A DNA stretch of 64,000 bases, from the sequence record NZ_LR134454.1. One strand, given 5' to 3'. The notes under the pieces are model-generated. The model did no database searches and was not told the DNA's origin. It saw nothing but the letters and a program-made list of their open reading frames with translations. Made by a program: the position numbers and the translations under genes. Positions 37,782-46,771 of the stretch are shown piece by piece. The DNA is from a plasmid. Numbering within the stretch: the first letter of the stretch is position 1; every line of letters begins with the position of its first letter.

Positions 37782-38087
37782 TCAGCCTGTGCGACCGGCC
37801 CGCCCGCTGTGCGGTTCCGCGGTGACCGGGACACCCGCGGTGGCGAAGACGTCCAGCACCTCGGAGTAGAGCTTCGCGCCGAGCGCGGTGCGGACCTCGT
37901 CGGCGTGCGTGAGGCGGAAGCCGAAGGGCTCGTCCTCCGGGGTGCCGAAGCCGCCGCGCAGGCAGTCGACGAGGGCGTCGAGGTTGCTGCCGAAGTAGCC
38001 GTCGGGGCCGTTCACCGCGCGCCCGAGCTCGGTGTAGAAGTCGGCCGCCCCGGTCACCCGGCTGCCGTCCACGGTGTAGGTCTTCAC
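37782..38087 (-). CDS. Barstar-like ribonuclease inhibitor
   Basis: 101 aa. FYTELGRAVNGPDGYFGSNLDALVDCL parallels barstar's YYGENLDALWDCL helix. Located 3 nt downstream of the ribonuclease gene. Confidence 0.6.
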   Translation of the reverse strand: MKTYTVDGSRVTGAADFYTELGRAVNGPDGYFGSNLDALVDCLRGGFGTPEDEPFGFRLTHADEVRTALGAKLYSEVLDVFATAGVPVTAEPHSGRAGRTG

Positions 38088-38090
38088 GTC

Positions 38091-38471
38091 TCAGGCTCCC
38101 GTCACGATGCAGAACGAGGCGTAGTGGTCGCCGGTGTAGTACAAGTTCGGCGGGGACGTGAGCGGCGTTCCGCCGGTGACGATCCGGCGTGCGCCGCGGG
38201 TCGACGAGCCGGGCGTCGGCACCGTGTACTCGTGGTAGTACCCCGAGGCCTGCGCGGGCAGGATCCCCTCCCGGTTCTGGAACACGACCCCGTCGTTGCG
38301 CGGGTACGGGAACGGACCGCCCTGATGGATGAGGTCGACGGTGTCGGCCGCCTGCGCGGGCAGGGACGACAACGCGCAGGAGGGCAGGGCGGCGGAGGCG
38401 GGGGAGACGGTCGCGACCGTGACGCCGAGCGCCACGACGACCGATCCCGCGAGGCGGGTTGCGATGCGCAT
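38091..38471 (-). CDS. Secreted guanyl-specific ribonuclease (RNase Sa / microbial N1-T1 family)
   Basis: Signal peptide, then LIHQGGPFPYPRNDGVVFQNREGILPAQASGYYHEYTVPTPGSSTRGARRIVTGG...YYTGDHYASF. This is nearly colinear with Streptomyces RNase Sa (GPFPYSQDGVVFQNRESVLP...YYHEYTV...RGTRRI...YYTGDHYATF), including the catalytic Glu/Arg/His positions. Confidence 0.8.
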   Translation of the reverse strand: MRIATRLAGSVVVALGVTVATVSPASAALPSCALSSLPAQAADTVDLIHQGGPFPYPRNDGVVFQNREGILPAQASGYYHEYTVPTPGSSTRGARRIVTGGTPLTSPPNLYYTGDHYASFCIVTGA

Positions 38472-38580
38472 GATCAGAAGTTAGCCGAAGTAGATGATCG
38501 CCGGGTGGCAGCGCGGTGAACGTCCTGGACCGGCTGCGCCGATGGGTCGCCGGGCGCCGGACCCGGCGATGGCCGGCGCC

Positions 38581-38860
38581 AGGTGGGGGACTCGGCTTCC
38601 GGTGGGGGGTGCCGGCGGCGGATGAGGGGCGTGGCGGCGTTTCCTGGGGGACTGAACGCTGGGTGGGGGAGGAGCCGGCTTCTGGTGGGGGATTCGGCGC
38701 CGCGTGGGGGACGTTCGCTCCCCCGCTCCACGACCGGCGTCCCGTGGGGGCGGGAACGCAGGGTGGGGGAGACGGCGATCGTTGGGGGACTGAACGTGTG
38801 GTGGGGGGGAGACGGCGATCGGCGGGGAACTGAGCGTGTGGTGGGGGTAGCGCGTCCGGG
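38581..38860. repeat. Degenerate G-run repeat region (>=12 runs of G5-G7, roughly every 20-25 bp) including a ~45-bp tandem duplication
   Basis: Recurring units gggtggggga (38661, 38761), gggggactgaacg (38646, 38784) and ggcttc(c/t)ggtggggg (38594, 38686). Tandem gagacggcgatcg-N-gggga-ctga-cgtgtggtggggg at ~38769-38813 and 38816-38858. Lies between the TetR 3' end and the RNase gene 5' end. Confidence 0.55.
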
Positions 38861-38861
38861 G

Positions 38862-39521
38862 CTACCTCTCGCGGGGGGTGTACGACGCCAGGCCCAGGGC
38901 GACGACGGTGAGCTGGCGGGTGGTGCGCTCGATGAGCTCCGCCTCGTCGCGGGTGTTGCGGGCGTCGATGCGCACCAGCTCGGCGACGAAGCCCAGCATG
39001 ATCGTGACGTAGAGGTCGGCGGTCATGTCGAGGTCCTCGACGCTCCACTCGCTCAGCGCGGGGATCCGCGAGAGGTCGTGGGTGAGCTCCTTGGCGAAGA
39101 GTCGCAGCTCGACGTCGATCGCGCGTTGCAGTTCGGGGGAGCCGCCGTAGCGCTCGCGCACGAGGAACTGGAACTCGGCGTCGTTGGCGCGGGCCTGCTT
39201 GGCGACGACGCGGATCGCCTCCGCGCCGCTCGGCGCCACGCCCTCGCGCCGGCCCTCGCGCAGCATGCGGCGCAGCACGCGCATCGCGTCCTCGACCAGG
39301 GTGACGCCGAGGTCGTCCATCGATGCGAAGTGGCGGTAGAAGGCGGTGGGCACCACGCCGGCCGCCTTGGCGACCTCGCGCAGCGACAGGCTCGCGAACG
39401 AGCGTTCACCGGCCAGGGCCAGCGCCTCGTCGAGCAGGGTCTGTCGCGTGCGCTCCTTGGCCTCCGCCCGCGACGGTCCCGGGGTGTGCCGTTCGACGGC
39501 GCGCGGGGACGGTCTGGGCAT
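38862..39521 (-). CDS. TetR-family transcriptional regulator, divergent from the desaturase operon
   Basis: HTH LSLREVAKAAGVVPTAFYRHFASMDDL; 219 aa. Confidence 0.8.
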   Translation of the reverse strand: MPRPSPRAVERHTPGPSRAEAKERTRQTLLDEALALAGERSFASLSLREVAKAAGVVPTAFYRHFASMDDLGVTLVEDAMRVLRRMLREGRREGVAPSGAEAIRVVAKQARANDAEFQFLVRERYGGSPELQRAIDVELRLFAKELTHDLSRIPALSEWSVEDLDMTADLYVTIMLGFVAELVRIDARNTRDEAELIERTTRQLTVVALGLASYTPRER

Positions 39522-39662
39522 GGGGTCGAGTCTATCGCCCCTGCGTCGGGGCGGTGTCGCGGAGGTTGTGGCCGAGGTCACGGAACAACTCCTTGACGAG
39601 GAGCGGACGGCTGCGTGCATACTGTGAGTGTACAAGCGTGCACTGAACGGAGAAACACAGCC

Positions 39663-40715
39663 ATGAGCCGCTTCACTCGATTCGCCGGATCCGTCGTCGA
39701 GGCCGTGCTGACGCCTCACGCCGTCGACCGCTACCTCGAACTCGTCGATCCGATGGTCACGTGGACCGACATCCGCGGACGCGTCACCGCCGTGAGCCGC
39801 CGCACCGACCGGTCGGTGACGTTCACCGTGACGCCCACCCGCCAGTTCGAGGGCTTCGAGGCGGGCCAGTTCATCCAGGTCAGCGTCGTGATCGACGGTG
39901 TCCGTCAGTCGCGCTGCTTCTCGCCCGCCGGCTCGCAGCATCAGGGCGGCGAGCTCGAGTTCACCGTGACCGCGGACGCTGACGGCCACGTCAGCAAGCA
40001 TCTCCGCGACAATCTCGCCGTCGGCGACGTGCTGGGACTCACCCCGGCCGCCGGCACCTTCACCCTGCCCGGGACGCCGGGGAACCGCCCCGAGCGGATC
40101 CGCCTCATCAGTGGTGGCAGCGGCGTCACACCCGTACTCTCGATCGTGCGCACGCTCGTCGACGAGAACCACGACGGTCCGATCGACGTCCTGCACTTCT
40201 GCCGCGACGCGGCCGATAACCCGTACCGCGCGGAGCTCGAGCGCCTCGCCCGCCTGCGGAACGTCTCCGTCACCTACGTGTACACCCGCGCCGGCGGCCG
40301 CCACCTCGGCCCGGAGCACCTCGAGGACTTCGGCGACATCGGCTTCGCGTGCGGCCCCGCCCCGCTGCTCGAGACCGCGAAACAGCTGTACTCCGACGCC
40401 GGCGTCGAGCTCCGCGTCGAGGAGTTCACCCCGCCCGTGGCGGCGGCACCGTCGGGCGAGGCGACCGGCACCCTGCGCTTCACCGAGGCCGGCACCGCGG
40501 TCGACAACGACGGCCGCAGCATCCTCGATCAGGCCGAGTCCTCCGGCCTGTTCCCCGAGAGCGGCTGCCGCATGGGCATCTGCTTCTCCTGCACCGCCGT
40601 CCGCAAGACCGGCTGCACCACCAACATCCTCACGGGCGAGACCGACGACGAGCCCGATCAGCACATCCAGCTCTGCATCAGCGCGCCCGTCGGCGACGTC
40701 GAGATCGCGCTGTAG
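39663..40715 (+). CDS. Ferredoxin-NAD(P) reductase-type oxidoreductase (FAD/NAD-binding plus C-terminal 2Fe-2S ferredoxin), desaturase electron-transfer partner
   Basis: FNR-like module (RxFS-type CFSPAG, GGSGVTPVLSI) and C-terminal plant-type ferredoxin Cys cluster (CRMGICFSCTAV...C). Immediately upstream of the desaturase, as Rv3230c is to desA3 in M. tuberculosis. Confidence 0.85.
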   Translation: MSRFTRFAGSVVEAVLTPHAVDRYLELVDPMVTWTDIRGRVTAVSRRTDRSVTFTVTPTRQFEGFEAGQFIQVSVVIDGVRQSRCFSPAGSQHQGGELEFTVTADADGHVSKHLRDNLAVGDVLGLTPAAGTFTLPGTPGNRPERIRLISGGSGVTPVLSIVRTLVDENHDGPIDVLHFCRDAADNPYRAELERLARLRNVSVTYVYTRAGGRHLGPEHLEDFGDIGFACGPAPLLETAKQLYSDAGVELRVEEFTPPVAAAPSGEATGTLRFTEAGTAVDNDGRSILDQAESSGLFPESGCRMGICFSCTAVRKTGCTTNILTGETDDEPDQHIQLCISAPVGDVEIAL

Positions 40716-40742
40716 CCCACCATCTTCGTAGGGGAGTCCATC

Positions 40743-41915
40743 ATGACCGAGCACATCACCCTCACCGCCGAGCAGGTCGAGATCATCGGCGAACGCTTCG
40801 ACGCCATCCGCACCCGCGTCCTGAACGACCTGGGCGCCAAGGACCGCGAGTACATCTACAAGATCGTGCGGGCGCAGCGCGGCTTCGAGATCGCCGGGCG
40901 CGCCATGATGTACCTGCCGCCGCTGTGGCCCGTGGCCGTCGGCTCCCTCGGCGTGTCGAAGATCCTCGACAACATGGAGATCGGCCACAACGTGATGCAC
41001 GGTCAGTACGACTGGATGCGTGAGCCGGGCCTGAACTCCCGCGAGTTCGAGTGGGACACCGTGTGCCCCGCCGACCAGTGGAAGCACAGCCACAACTACC
41101 TGCACCACACGTTCACCAACGTCCTCGACATGGACCGCGACATCGGCTACGGCATCCTGCGCATGGCGCCGGAGCAGAAGTGGAACCCCTACTACCTGGG
41201 CAACCTCGCCTACGCGGGCGCGCTCATGGTGCTCTTCCAGTGGGGCGTCATGCTGCACGACCTCGAGGCCGAGCGGATCGTCAAGGGCGAGCGCAAGTGG
41301 GGCGACATCAAGGAGCTCGTCGCCGGCATGCGGAAGAAGGCCGGCAAGCAGGTGCTCAAGGACTACGTCATCTTCCCGGCGCTCACCGGCCCGCTGTTCC
41401 CGCTGACCTTCCTGGGCAACATGTCCGCGAACCTCATCCGCAACCTGTGGACGTTCTCCATCATCTTCTGCGGCCACTTCCCCTCGGGCGTGCAGACCTT
41501 CACCAAGGAGGAGACCGCCGACGAGACCCGCGGCGAGTGGTACGTCCGGCAGATGCTGGGCTCCGCGAACATCGACGGTGGCCGCCTGTTCCACATCATG
41601 AGCGGCAACCTGAGCTTCCAGATCGAGCACCACCTGTTCCCCGACATCCCCGCCAACCGTTACCCGGAGATCGCCGCCGAGGTCCGCGCGACGTGCGAGG
41701 AGTTCGGGCTGCCCTACAACACCGGCTCGCTGCGGGGCCAGCTCGGCTCGACGTGGAAGAAGATCGCCAAGCTCTCGCTGCCGAACCGGTGGACCAAGCA
41801 GGAGCCCGAGCTCGCCGTGACGATCGAGCGCGCCCGGCACGAGGAGGCCGCGTCGAAGGCCCTCGCCAAGGCGGGCTGGCAGCGCGCCGTCGAGCGTGAG
41901 ATGGTGTCGGTCTAG
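40743..41915 (+). CDS. desA3: Membrane fatty-acyl (stearoyl-CoA delta-9-type) desaturase, DesA3-like
   Basis: Three His boxes: HNVMHGQYDW, HNYLHHTF, EHHLFPD. ~390 aa. Confidence 0.8.
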   Translation: MTEHITLTAEQVEIIGERFDAIRTRVLNDLGAKDREYIYKIVRAQRGFEIAGRAMMYLPPLWPVAVGSLGVSKILDNMEIGHNVMHGQYDWMREPGLNSREFEWDTVCPADQWKHSHNYLHHTFTNVLDMDRDIGYGILRMAPEQKWNPYYLGNLAYAGALMVLFQWGVMLHDLEAERIVKGERKWGDIKELVAGMRKKAGKQVLKDYVIFPALTGPLFPLTFLGNMSANLIRNLWTFSIIFCGHFPSGVQTFTKEETADETRGEWYVRQMLGSANIDGGRLFHIMSGNLSFQIEHHLFPDIPANRYPEIAAEVRATCEEFGLPYNTGSLRGQLGSTWKKIAKLSLPNRWTKQEPELAVTIERARHEEAASKALAKAGWQRAVEREMVSV

Positions 41916-41939
41916 GACCGACGGCAGGAGGGCGCGGAC

Positions 41940-42260
41940 GTGGGCAGGCTCGAGCGGCGCAAGGACGCGGCGCAGGAGACCGTCGAATCGACGGCCATCC
42001 GCGTCGGCCGGATCGCGACCATCATCACCACCGCGGTGGCCGATGTCGCGCGGGAGATCGGCGACGCCGTGAGCGACGCCCTCGAGATGCGGCAGGCGGC
42101 CAAGGCCGCCGCCGCCGACGAGGCCCGCACCGAGCAGCGCACGTCCCGTCCCGCCGCGGCTGAGGGCGCCGCAGCCGAGGACTCCGTAGCCGGGGACGCC
42201 GCGGGAGGCGCCGCCGACGCCGGGGCCGCCGACGAGCCGGGCCCCGGCGACCGCGCCTGA
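41940..42260 (+). CDS. Hypothetical small Ala/Glu-rich protein
   Basis: GTG start; 106 aa; helical, no recognisable domain. Could be non-coding. Confidence 0.3.
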   Translation: MGRLERRKDAAQETVESTAIRVGRIATIITTAVADVAREIGDAVSDALEMRQAAKAAAADEARTEQRTSRPAAAEGAAAEDSVAGDAAGGAADAGAADEPGPGDRA

Positions 42261-42349
42261 CCCGCACGATCGAGCCATCGTGAAGCGAACGGTGGCAGCC
42301 CACCGCTCACCGTGAGAAGGTTGCGATCCAACAATCTTCCTGGAGAGGT

Positions 42350-42880
42350 GTGGTCGTGAGCGCAGTGGAGCAGGGCAAGGCCGTGGTGACGACGATCCGC
42401 CGGATCATCGGCGGGCTGACGCAGGCGAAAGGAGCGGCCGGGCGCGCCGCAGGCGAGAAGTCCGAGATCACCTCCGACGTCGACGCCGTGAAGTCCGCGG
42501 GGAAAGAGGTCACCGAGGGCGTGTCCAACCTCAAGACCGCGGGCTCGAAGCTCGATGCGGACGTGAAGGCCACCGCGGCGAACGTCTCCGCGGACATCGC
42601 CGCCGTCAAGGGTGCGAAGGCACCGAAGGCGGCGGCCAAGGACGAGGCCAAGGCCACCGCCACGGCGACGGGGAAGCCCGATGCCACGGCCGCGCCGACG
42701 GCCGCTCCCCAGGCCGGTGCGAAGGCCGGGGCGCCGAAGACTGCGACACCCAAGGCCGGGGTGCCGAAAGCCGCACCCGCACCCGAGTCGCCCAAGGCCG
42801 CCGCGCCGAAGCCCGCTCCGAAGTCCGCCGCGAAGCCCGCACCGGCGGCCCCGAAGGCGGACCCCACGCCGAAGGCCTGA
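42350..42880 (+). CDS. Ala/Lys/Pro-rich protein with histone-H1-like PKAA repeats
   Basis: GTG start 3 nt after a ggagag RBS. C-terminal half APKAAAKDEAKATATATGKPDATAAP...PKAGVPKAAPAPESPKAAAPKPAPKSAAKPAPAAPKADPTPKA. Confidence 0.5.
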   Translation: MVVSAVEQGKAVVTTIRRIIGGLTQAKGAAGRAAGEKSEITSDVDAVKSAGKEVTEGVSNLKTAGSKLDADVKATAANVSADIAAVKGAKAPKAAAKDEAKATATATGKPDATAAPTAAPQAGAKAGAPKTATPKAGVPKAAPAPESPKAAAPKPAPKSAAKPAPAAPKADPTPKA

Positions 42881-42966
42881 CCAGTAGTACCCATCGCGAA
42901 ACGGGCGGATCCGGCCCCACGAGCCGCTCAGCGGGCTCGGACGGCCGGATCCGCTCGTTCTCGCGA

Positions 42967-44928
42967 TCAGTCGCCGCTGCAGCAGTGCGACTTCTTCGTG
43001 CCCGACGGCACGTCGAGCGCGGGATTGCGGTCGAAGAAGCCGACCGGCTTGAGCTTGAAGCCCGCGTAGTCCACCGGCATCACGGGCCAGTCCTCCGGGC
43101 GCGGGAAGTGCGTCAGCCCGAAGGTGTGCCAGAGGACCACGTCCTCGCCCTCGATCGGCCGGTTCCCCGCGATGTACGACGGCAGCCCCGCGTCGCCGGG
43201 GTTCTGGTTGACGTAGTCGCCCGACGGGTAGCGCTGCGCCTCGTCGTACCGGGTGACCCACAGGTGCTTGGTCGCGAACGCGGCGCGCGCGGCGATCGAG
43301 CTCGACGGGTCCGCGAGCAGCGCCGGCTGCCCCTCGGGGTGCAACGCGTACCCCACCTCCTGGCCCAGGTAGTTCTTCTTGTTCGGGTTGGTCACGTGCC
43401 ACACCCGGGCCTTGAGGTTGTCCGCGAGGCGGGCGCCCTCGGCCTCGGTGGCGAGCACCGTCTTCTGCTGCCGGAAGGCGTTGCCCCACGGGTTCTCCGG
43501 GCCCATCGGCACGCGCACGGCGTCGACCTCCGACACCGTGTTCGTGGTGCCGTCCACCGCCATGTCGAGGCGGGCCGAGAACATGTGCTGGTGGAAGGGG
43601 GCGCCCAGGCCCGGCGCCATCTCGGTGGAGAAGCCCTCGGGGCCCCGGTAGGCCGAACTGAAGACGATGCCCGTGGCCTTGGCTTCCAGCTCGATCGTGC
43701 CGTCCAGGTAGAGGTACCAGTAGAAGCCGTAGTCGTAGTTGCCGATGGTGAGGAAGAACGAGATCACCAGGCGGCGCGAGCGGCGGGTCTCGGCCATGCC
43801 GTTGAACATGTCGGTGTGCTTCCACAGCACGCCGAAGTCCTCCTCGTGCATGCAGATCGCGTTCTTCATCACGCGCGGCTCGCCCTGCTCGTCGGCGATG
43901 ACGGCGTCGAAGTACTGGATCTCGCCGAGGCAGTCGCAGCCCAGCTCCAGCGCGTTGGTGTACCGCCCGAACAGGTACTCGCCCTGGTCGAAGTAGTTCT
44001 GCCAGTAGCGGACCGGCGAGGGATCGGCGTACGGCACCACCATCTCGGCGATCGACGCGCGGTACACGACGGGGCGCTGCACGCCGCCGTCGGCGACGGA
44101 GAGCGTGTGCAGGGTCAGGCCCTCGCGCACGTCGAAGCCGAACCGGAACGTCCAGTCCGCCCAGGTGATCTCGTTGCCGTCGATGCTGTAGCTCGGGCCC
44201 TCCGGCTGCGTGATCTCGATGGGCTTGAGGTCGGTGCGCGGCGCGGGCGTTCCGTGCGGCGCCGCGTCCCACTCGCCGCGATCCGCGGGGACCGGCAGCT
44301 CGATCTCGTCGATCACCTTCGTCACGCGGCCCTCGGTGAGGTCGACGTACGCGACGACACCGTCGATGGGGTGCGCCCAGGGGAGGTCGGCACCGTCGTC
44401 CTGGTGGAAGGCGAGCACGCGGCACAGCCGGTGGCCCACCTCGTCCTCGTGGCCGAAGACGCCCGCGGACAGGGGGACCGCGCGGACCTTCGCGGGATCG
44501 ATGCCGCGACTGCTCATCGCCGCGATCCACTCGGCGCTGTCGAGGAGGTACTTCTCGATGTCCTCGAACTCCTCATCGATGATCGGGACCTGGCCCTGCG
44601 TGCGGGAATCCAGCTGCACCGAGCCGACGACGGCACGCTCGGTGATCGAGACGACGTGGTCGGAGCCGGCGCCGGTGGCGCGGTCGAGCAGCATCACGCG
44701 GGCGCGGCGCTCGATCGGGTCGCCCGCCGTGAAGGAGAGGACCACCTGCTTGTGCGGCTCCTCCAGGCCGACGTAGACGAACCGGACGGTCTCGCCGAGC
44801 AGGCCGGCATCGCCGAGAACCTGCTTGACGGTGCGGATCTCGGCCGCCTGCAGCGGGACCAGCGGGTGCGTGACCGGGATCGCGGCCGTCGATACGCCGG
44901 TGTCCGTCGGGTCGAGGGTGGTACTCAT
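42967..44928 (-). CDS. Copper-containing primary amine oxidase (topaquinone cofactor)
   Basis: TPQ consensus TIGNYDYGFYW. Cu-ligand His motifs HQHMF and WHTFGLTH. 653 aa. Confidence 0.9.
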   Translation of the reverse strand: MSTTLDPTDTGVSTAAIPVTHPLVPLQAAEIRTVKQVLGDAGLLGETVRFVYVGLEEPHKQVVLSFTAGDPIERRARVMLLDRATGAGSDHVVSITERAVVGSVQLDSRTQGQVPIIDEEFEDIEKYLLDSAEWIAAMSSRGIDPAKVRAVPLSAGVFGHEDEVGHRLCRVLAFHQDDGADLPWAHPIDGVVAYVDLTEGRVTKVIDEIELPVPADRGEWDAAPHGTPAPRTDLKPIEITQPEGPSYSIDGNEITWADWTFRFGFDVREGLTLHTLSVADGGVQRPVVYRASIAEMVVPYADPSPVRYWQNYFDQGEYLFGRYTNALELGCDCLGEIQYFDAVIADEQGEPRVMKNAICMHEEDFGVLWKHTDMFNGMAETRRSRRLVISFFLTIGNYDYGFYWYLYLDGTIELEAKATGIVFSSAYRGPEGFSTEMAPGLGAPFHQHMFSARLDMAVDGTTNTVSEVDAVRVPMGPENPWGNAFRQQKTVLATEAEGARLADNLKARVWHVTNPNKKNYLGQEVGYALHPEGQPALLADPSSSIAARAAFATKHLWVTRYDEAQRYPSGDYVNQNPGDAGLPSYIAGNRPIEGEDVVLWHTFGLTHFPRPEDWPVMPVDYAGFKLKPVGFFDRNPALDVPSGTKKSHCCSGD

Positions 44929-46397
44929 CGTGCGATCTCCTTCTCGGGTTCTTCGGGGGTGATTGCTGTTCCGCCGGACGGCGGGGAGGTGCGGGGCCGG
45001 GCCGCCGCGGGGCGCAGGAGCGCCATGGCGACGCCGCCCAGGAAGACGCCCACCAGGAGCGTCCCGACGACGGCGGCCAGCGGGCGGGAACCGCCCACCA
45101 GGAGGGGCATGTTCGCGACGGTCATGGCCAACAGGACGGCGAGGCCCGCGAAGCCGAGAGCCGGTGCGATCAGGGTGTTCCAGCGGCGGTCGTCGACGGC
45201 GTTCCGCCGGAAGTAGACGAGCACCGCGATCGACGTCAGCGTCATCAGGGCGACCACGCCGACCGACGCGATCCCGGCGAACCAGGCGAAGACCTCGGTC
45301 ACGGGGTCGAGGCCCACCGCCGCCGAGACGACGACCAGGACCAGCGCGGACACCGTCTGCACGACCGACGCGACGTGGGGCGAGGAGTGCCGCACGTGCG
45401 AGCGGCCGCACCCCGACGGCAGCGCGGCGCTGTTGCCCAGCGAGAAGATGTAGCGCGCGAGCACGTTGTGAAAGGAGAGCAGCGCCGCGAACAGGCTCGT
45501 GATGAGGAGGATCTCGACGAGGTCCCCCGCGGCGGAGCCGAGGTAGCGCACCGCCGTCTCCACCACCATGCCCTCGGGGTTCGCACCGGCGAGCGCGACG
45601 GCACCGTCGTCGCCCCAGGCGGTGACGACCGACCAGCTGGAGAGGGCGTAGAAGCCGCCGATCACGAGCAGCGCCAGGTACGTCGCCCGGGGAATGGTGC
45701 GGGCGGGATCGCGCGCCTCGTCGCGGAAGACGGCGGTGGCCTCGAAGCCGATGTAGCCGGCGACCGCGAAGATCAGGGCGACGCCGGGGGCACCCGCCAG
45801 GAAGGCCGCGGGGTGCAGCGCGGCCGTCGACGGCCCCGACTCCCCGCCCGACACCAGGACCGCAGCGTCGATCGCGAGGACGATCCCGACCTCGCAGACC
45901 AGCAGGACACCCAGCACCTTGCCGGACAGGTCGATGTGGCGGTAGCCGAGGAGCCCCACCACCGCCATCATCGCGAGCGACCACAAATACCAGGGCACCG
46001 ACGGCCCGCCGTGCCCCGCGACGAAGACGTCGATCGCCGCGCCGATGTAGCCGTACACGGCGCCCTGCACCGCGGTGTAGGTGAGCAGCGCGAGGAACGC
46101 GGCGCCGAGGCCGACATGGCGTCCCAGGCCGTGCGTGATGTACGTGTAGAAGGCGCCGGCGCCGGGCACGCGCCGCGACATCGCCGTGAAGCCGACGGCG
46201 AAGAACAGCAGGATCACCGTGCACACGAGGTACGACGCCGGATAGGCGGCGCCGTTGCCGGCGGAGATGCCCAGCGGCACCGTCCCGGCGATCACGGTCA
46301 GCGGCGCGGCGGCCGCGACGACCATGAAGACGATGGCCCCGGCGCCCAGGCCGCCGGACAGGCGGTGCGGGGCGGCGGCCTCGGACGGCGTCGACAT
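44925..46397 (-). CDS. APC-superfamily amino acid/amine permease (co-transcribed with the amine oxidase)
   Basis: 12 TM helices. 4-nt overlap with the oxidase start. ATG with aggagag RBS. Confidence 0.8.
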   Translation of the reverse strand: MSTPSEAAAPHRLSGGLGAGAIVFMVVAAAAPLTVIAGTVPLGISAGNGAAYPASYLVCTVILLFFAVGFTAMSRRVPGAGAFYTYITHGLGRHVGLGAAFLALLTYTAVQGAVYGYIGAAIDVFVAGHGGPSVPWYLWSLAMMAVVGLLGYRHIDLSGKVLGVLLVCEVGIVLAIDAAVLVSGGESGPSTAALHPAAFLAGAPGVALIFAVAGYIGFEATAVFRDEARDPARTIPRATYLALLVIGGFYALSSWSVVTAWGDDGAVALAGANPEGMVVETAVRYLGSAAGDLVEILLITSLFAALLSFHNVLARYIFSLGNSAALPSGCGRSHVRHSSPHVASVVQTVSALVLVVVSAAVGLDPVTEVFAWFAGIASVGVVALMTLTSIAVLVYFRRNAVDDRRWNTLIAPALGFAGLAVLLAMTVANMPLLVGGSRPLAAVVGTLLVGVFLGGVAMALLRPAAARPRTSPPSGGTAITPEEPEKEIAR

Positions 46398-46552
46398 GAC
46401 CCGGGTCCTCTCCTGCGATGGTTGAAAGACGGTGCGCAGCAATCCCTGTCGGCCTGGAAGCCGCGACTCCAGGGGGTCGCACCGGACTCACCATAGGCAC
46501 GGGATGTGGCGCGTGTCACTGCTTTTCGCGGGTGGGAATCCGGCTGCGGCGC

Positions 46553-46690
46553 ATTCTCATTCGAACCGGGAGTCGCGAGCGGGGCGATTCTCATTCGAAC
46601 CGCGGACATCGCGCCACGTCACGCCGTCCGGCGGCATCCCGGACCGTTCTCGGGCGTCCCTCGTCGCGGACCGGATTCTCATTCGAGACC
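46553..46690. promoter_or_regulatory. Three direct repeats ATTCTCATTCGA(A/G)(A/C)C in the divergent permease intergenic region (candidate operator array)
   Basis: Copies at 46553-46567, 46587-46601 and 46675-46690. Each contains a TTCGA core. Located between the divergently transcribed APC permease genes, with an IclR gene downstream. Confidence 0.4.
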
Positions 46691-46771
46691 CGAAGAAGTT
46701 CATCGGGATTCGACGCGAACGGGTGCGCCGTCGGCTAGCGTGCACGCAGGGTTCCGGAGAGCAGGTGTGGC

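Noticed and set aside
38516-38833. 105-aa + strand ORF with WGTER-like peptide repeats inside the G-run repeat region
   Set aside because: The peptide periodicity simply mirrors the DNA repeats. There is no RBS, no domain, and there are overlapping alternative ORFs on both strands. Treated as non-coding repeat DNA, though a decayed repeat-protein gene cannot be excluded.
38581-38860. Possible CRISPR array
   Set aside because: Repeat units are degenerate, of variable length and spacing. There are no equal-length unique spacers and no cas genes nearby.
36169-39048. Single 959-aa ORF on the minus strand
   Set aside because: This is a read-through of three separate genes plus junk. The aspartase begins at the internal ATG (37734). 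The segments upstream belong to other frames (RNase at 38091-38471, barstar at 37782-38087).
42967-46500. Single 1177-aa ORF
   Set aside because: It is the amine oxidase (start 44928) with the in-frame upstream sequence of the overlapping permease region. Two genes with a 4-nt overlap are better supported.
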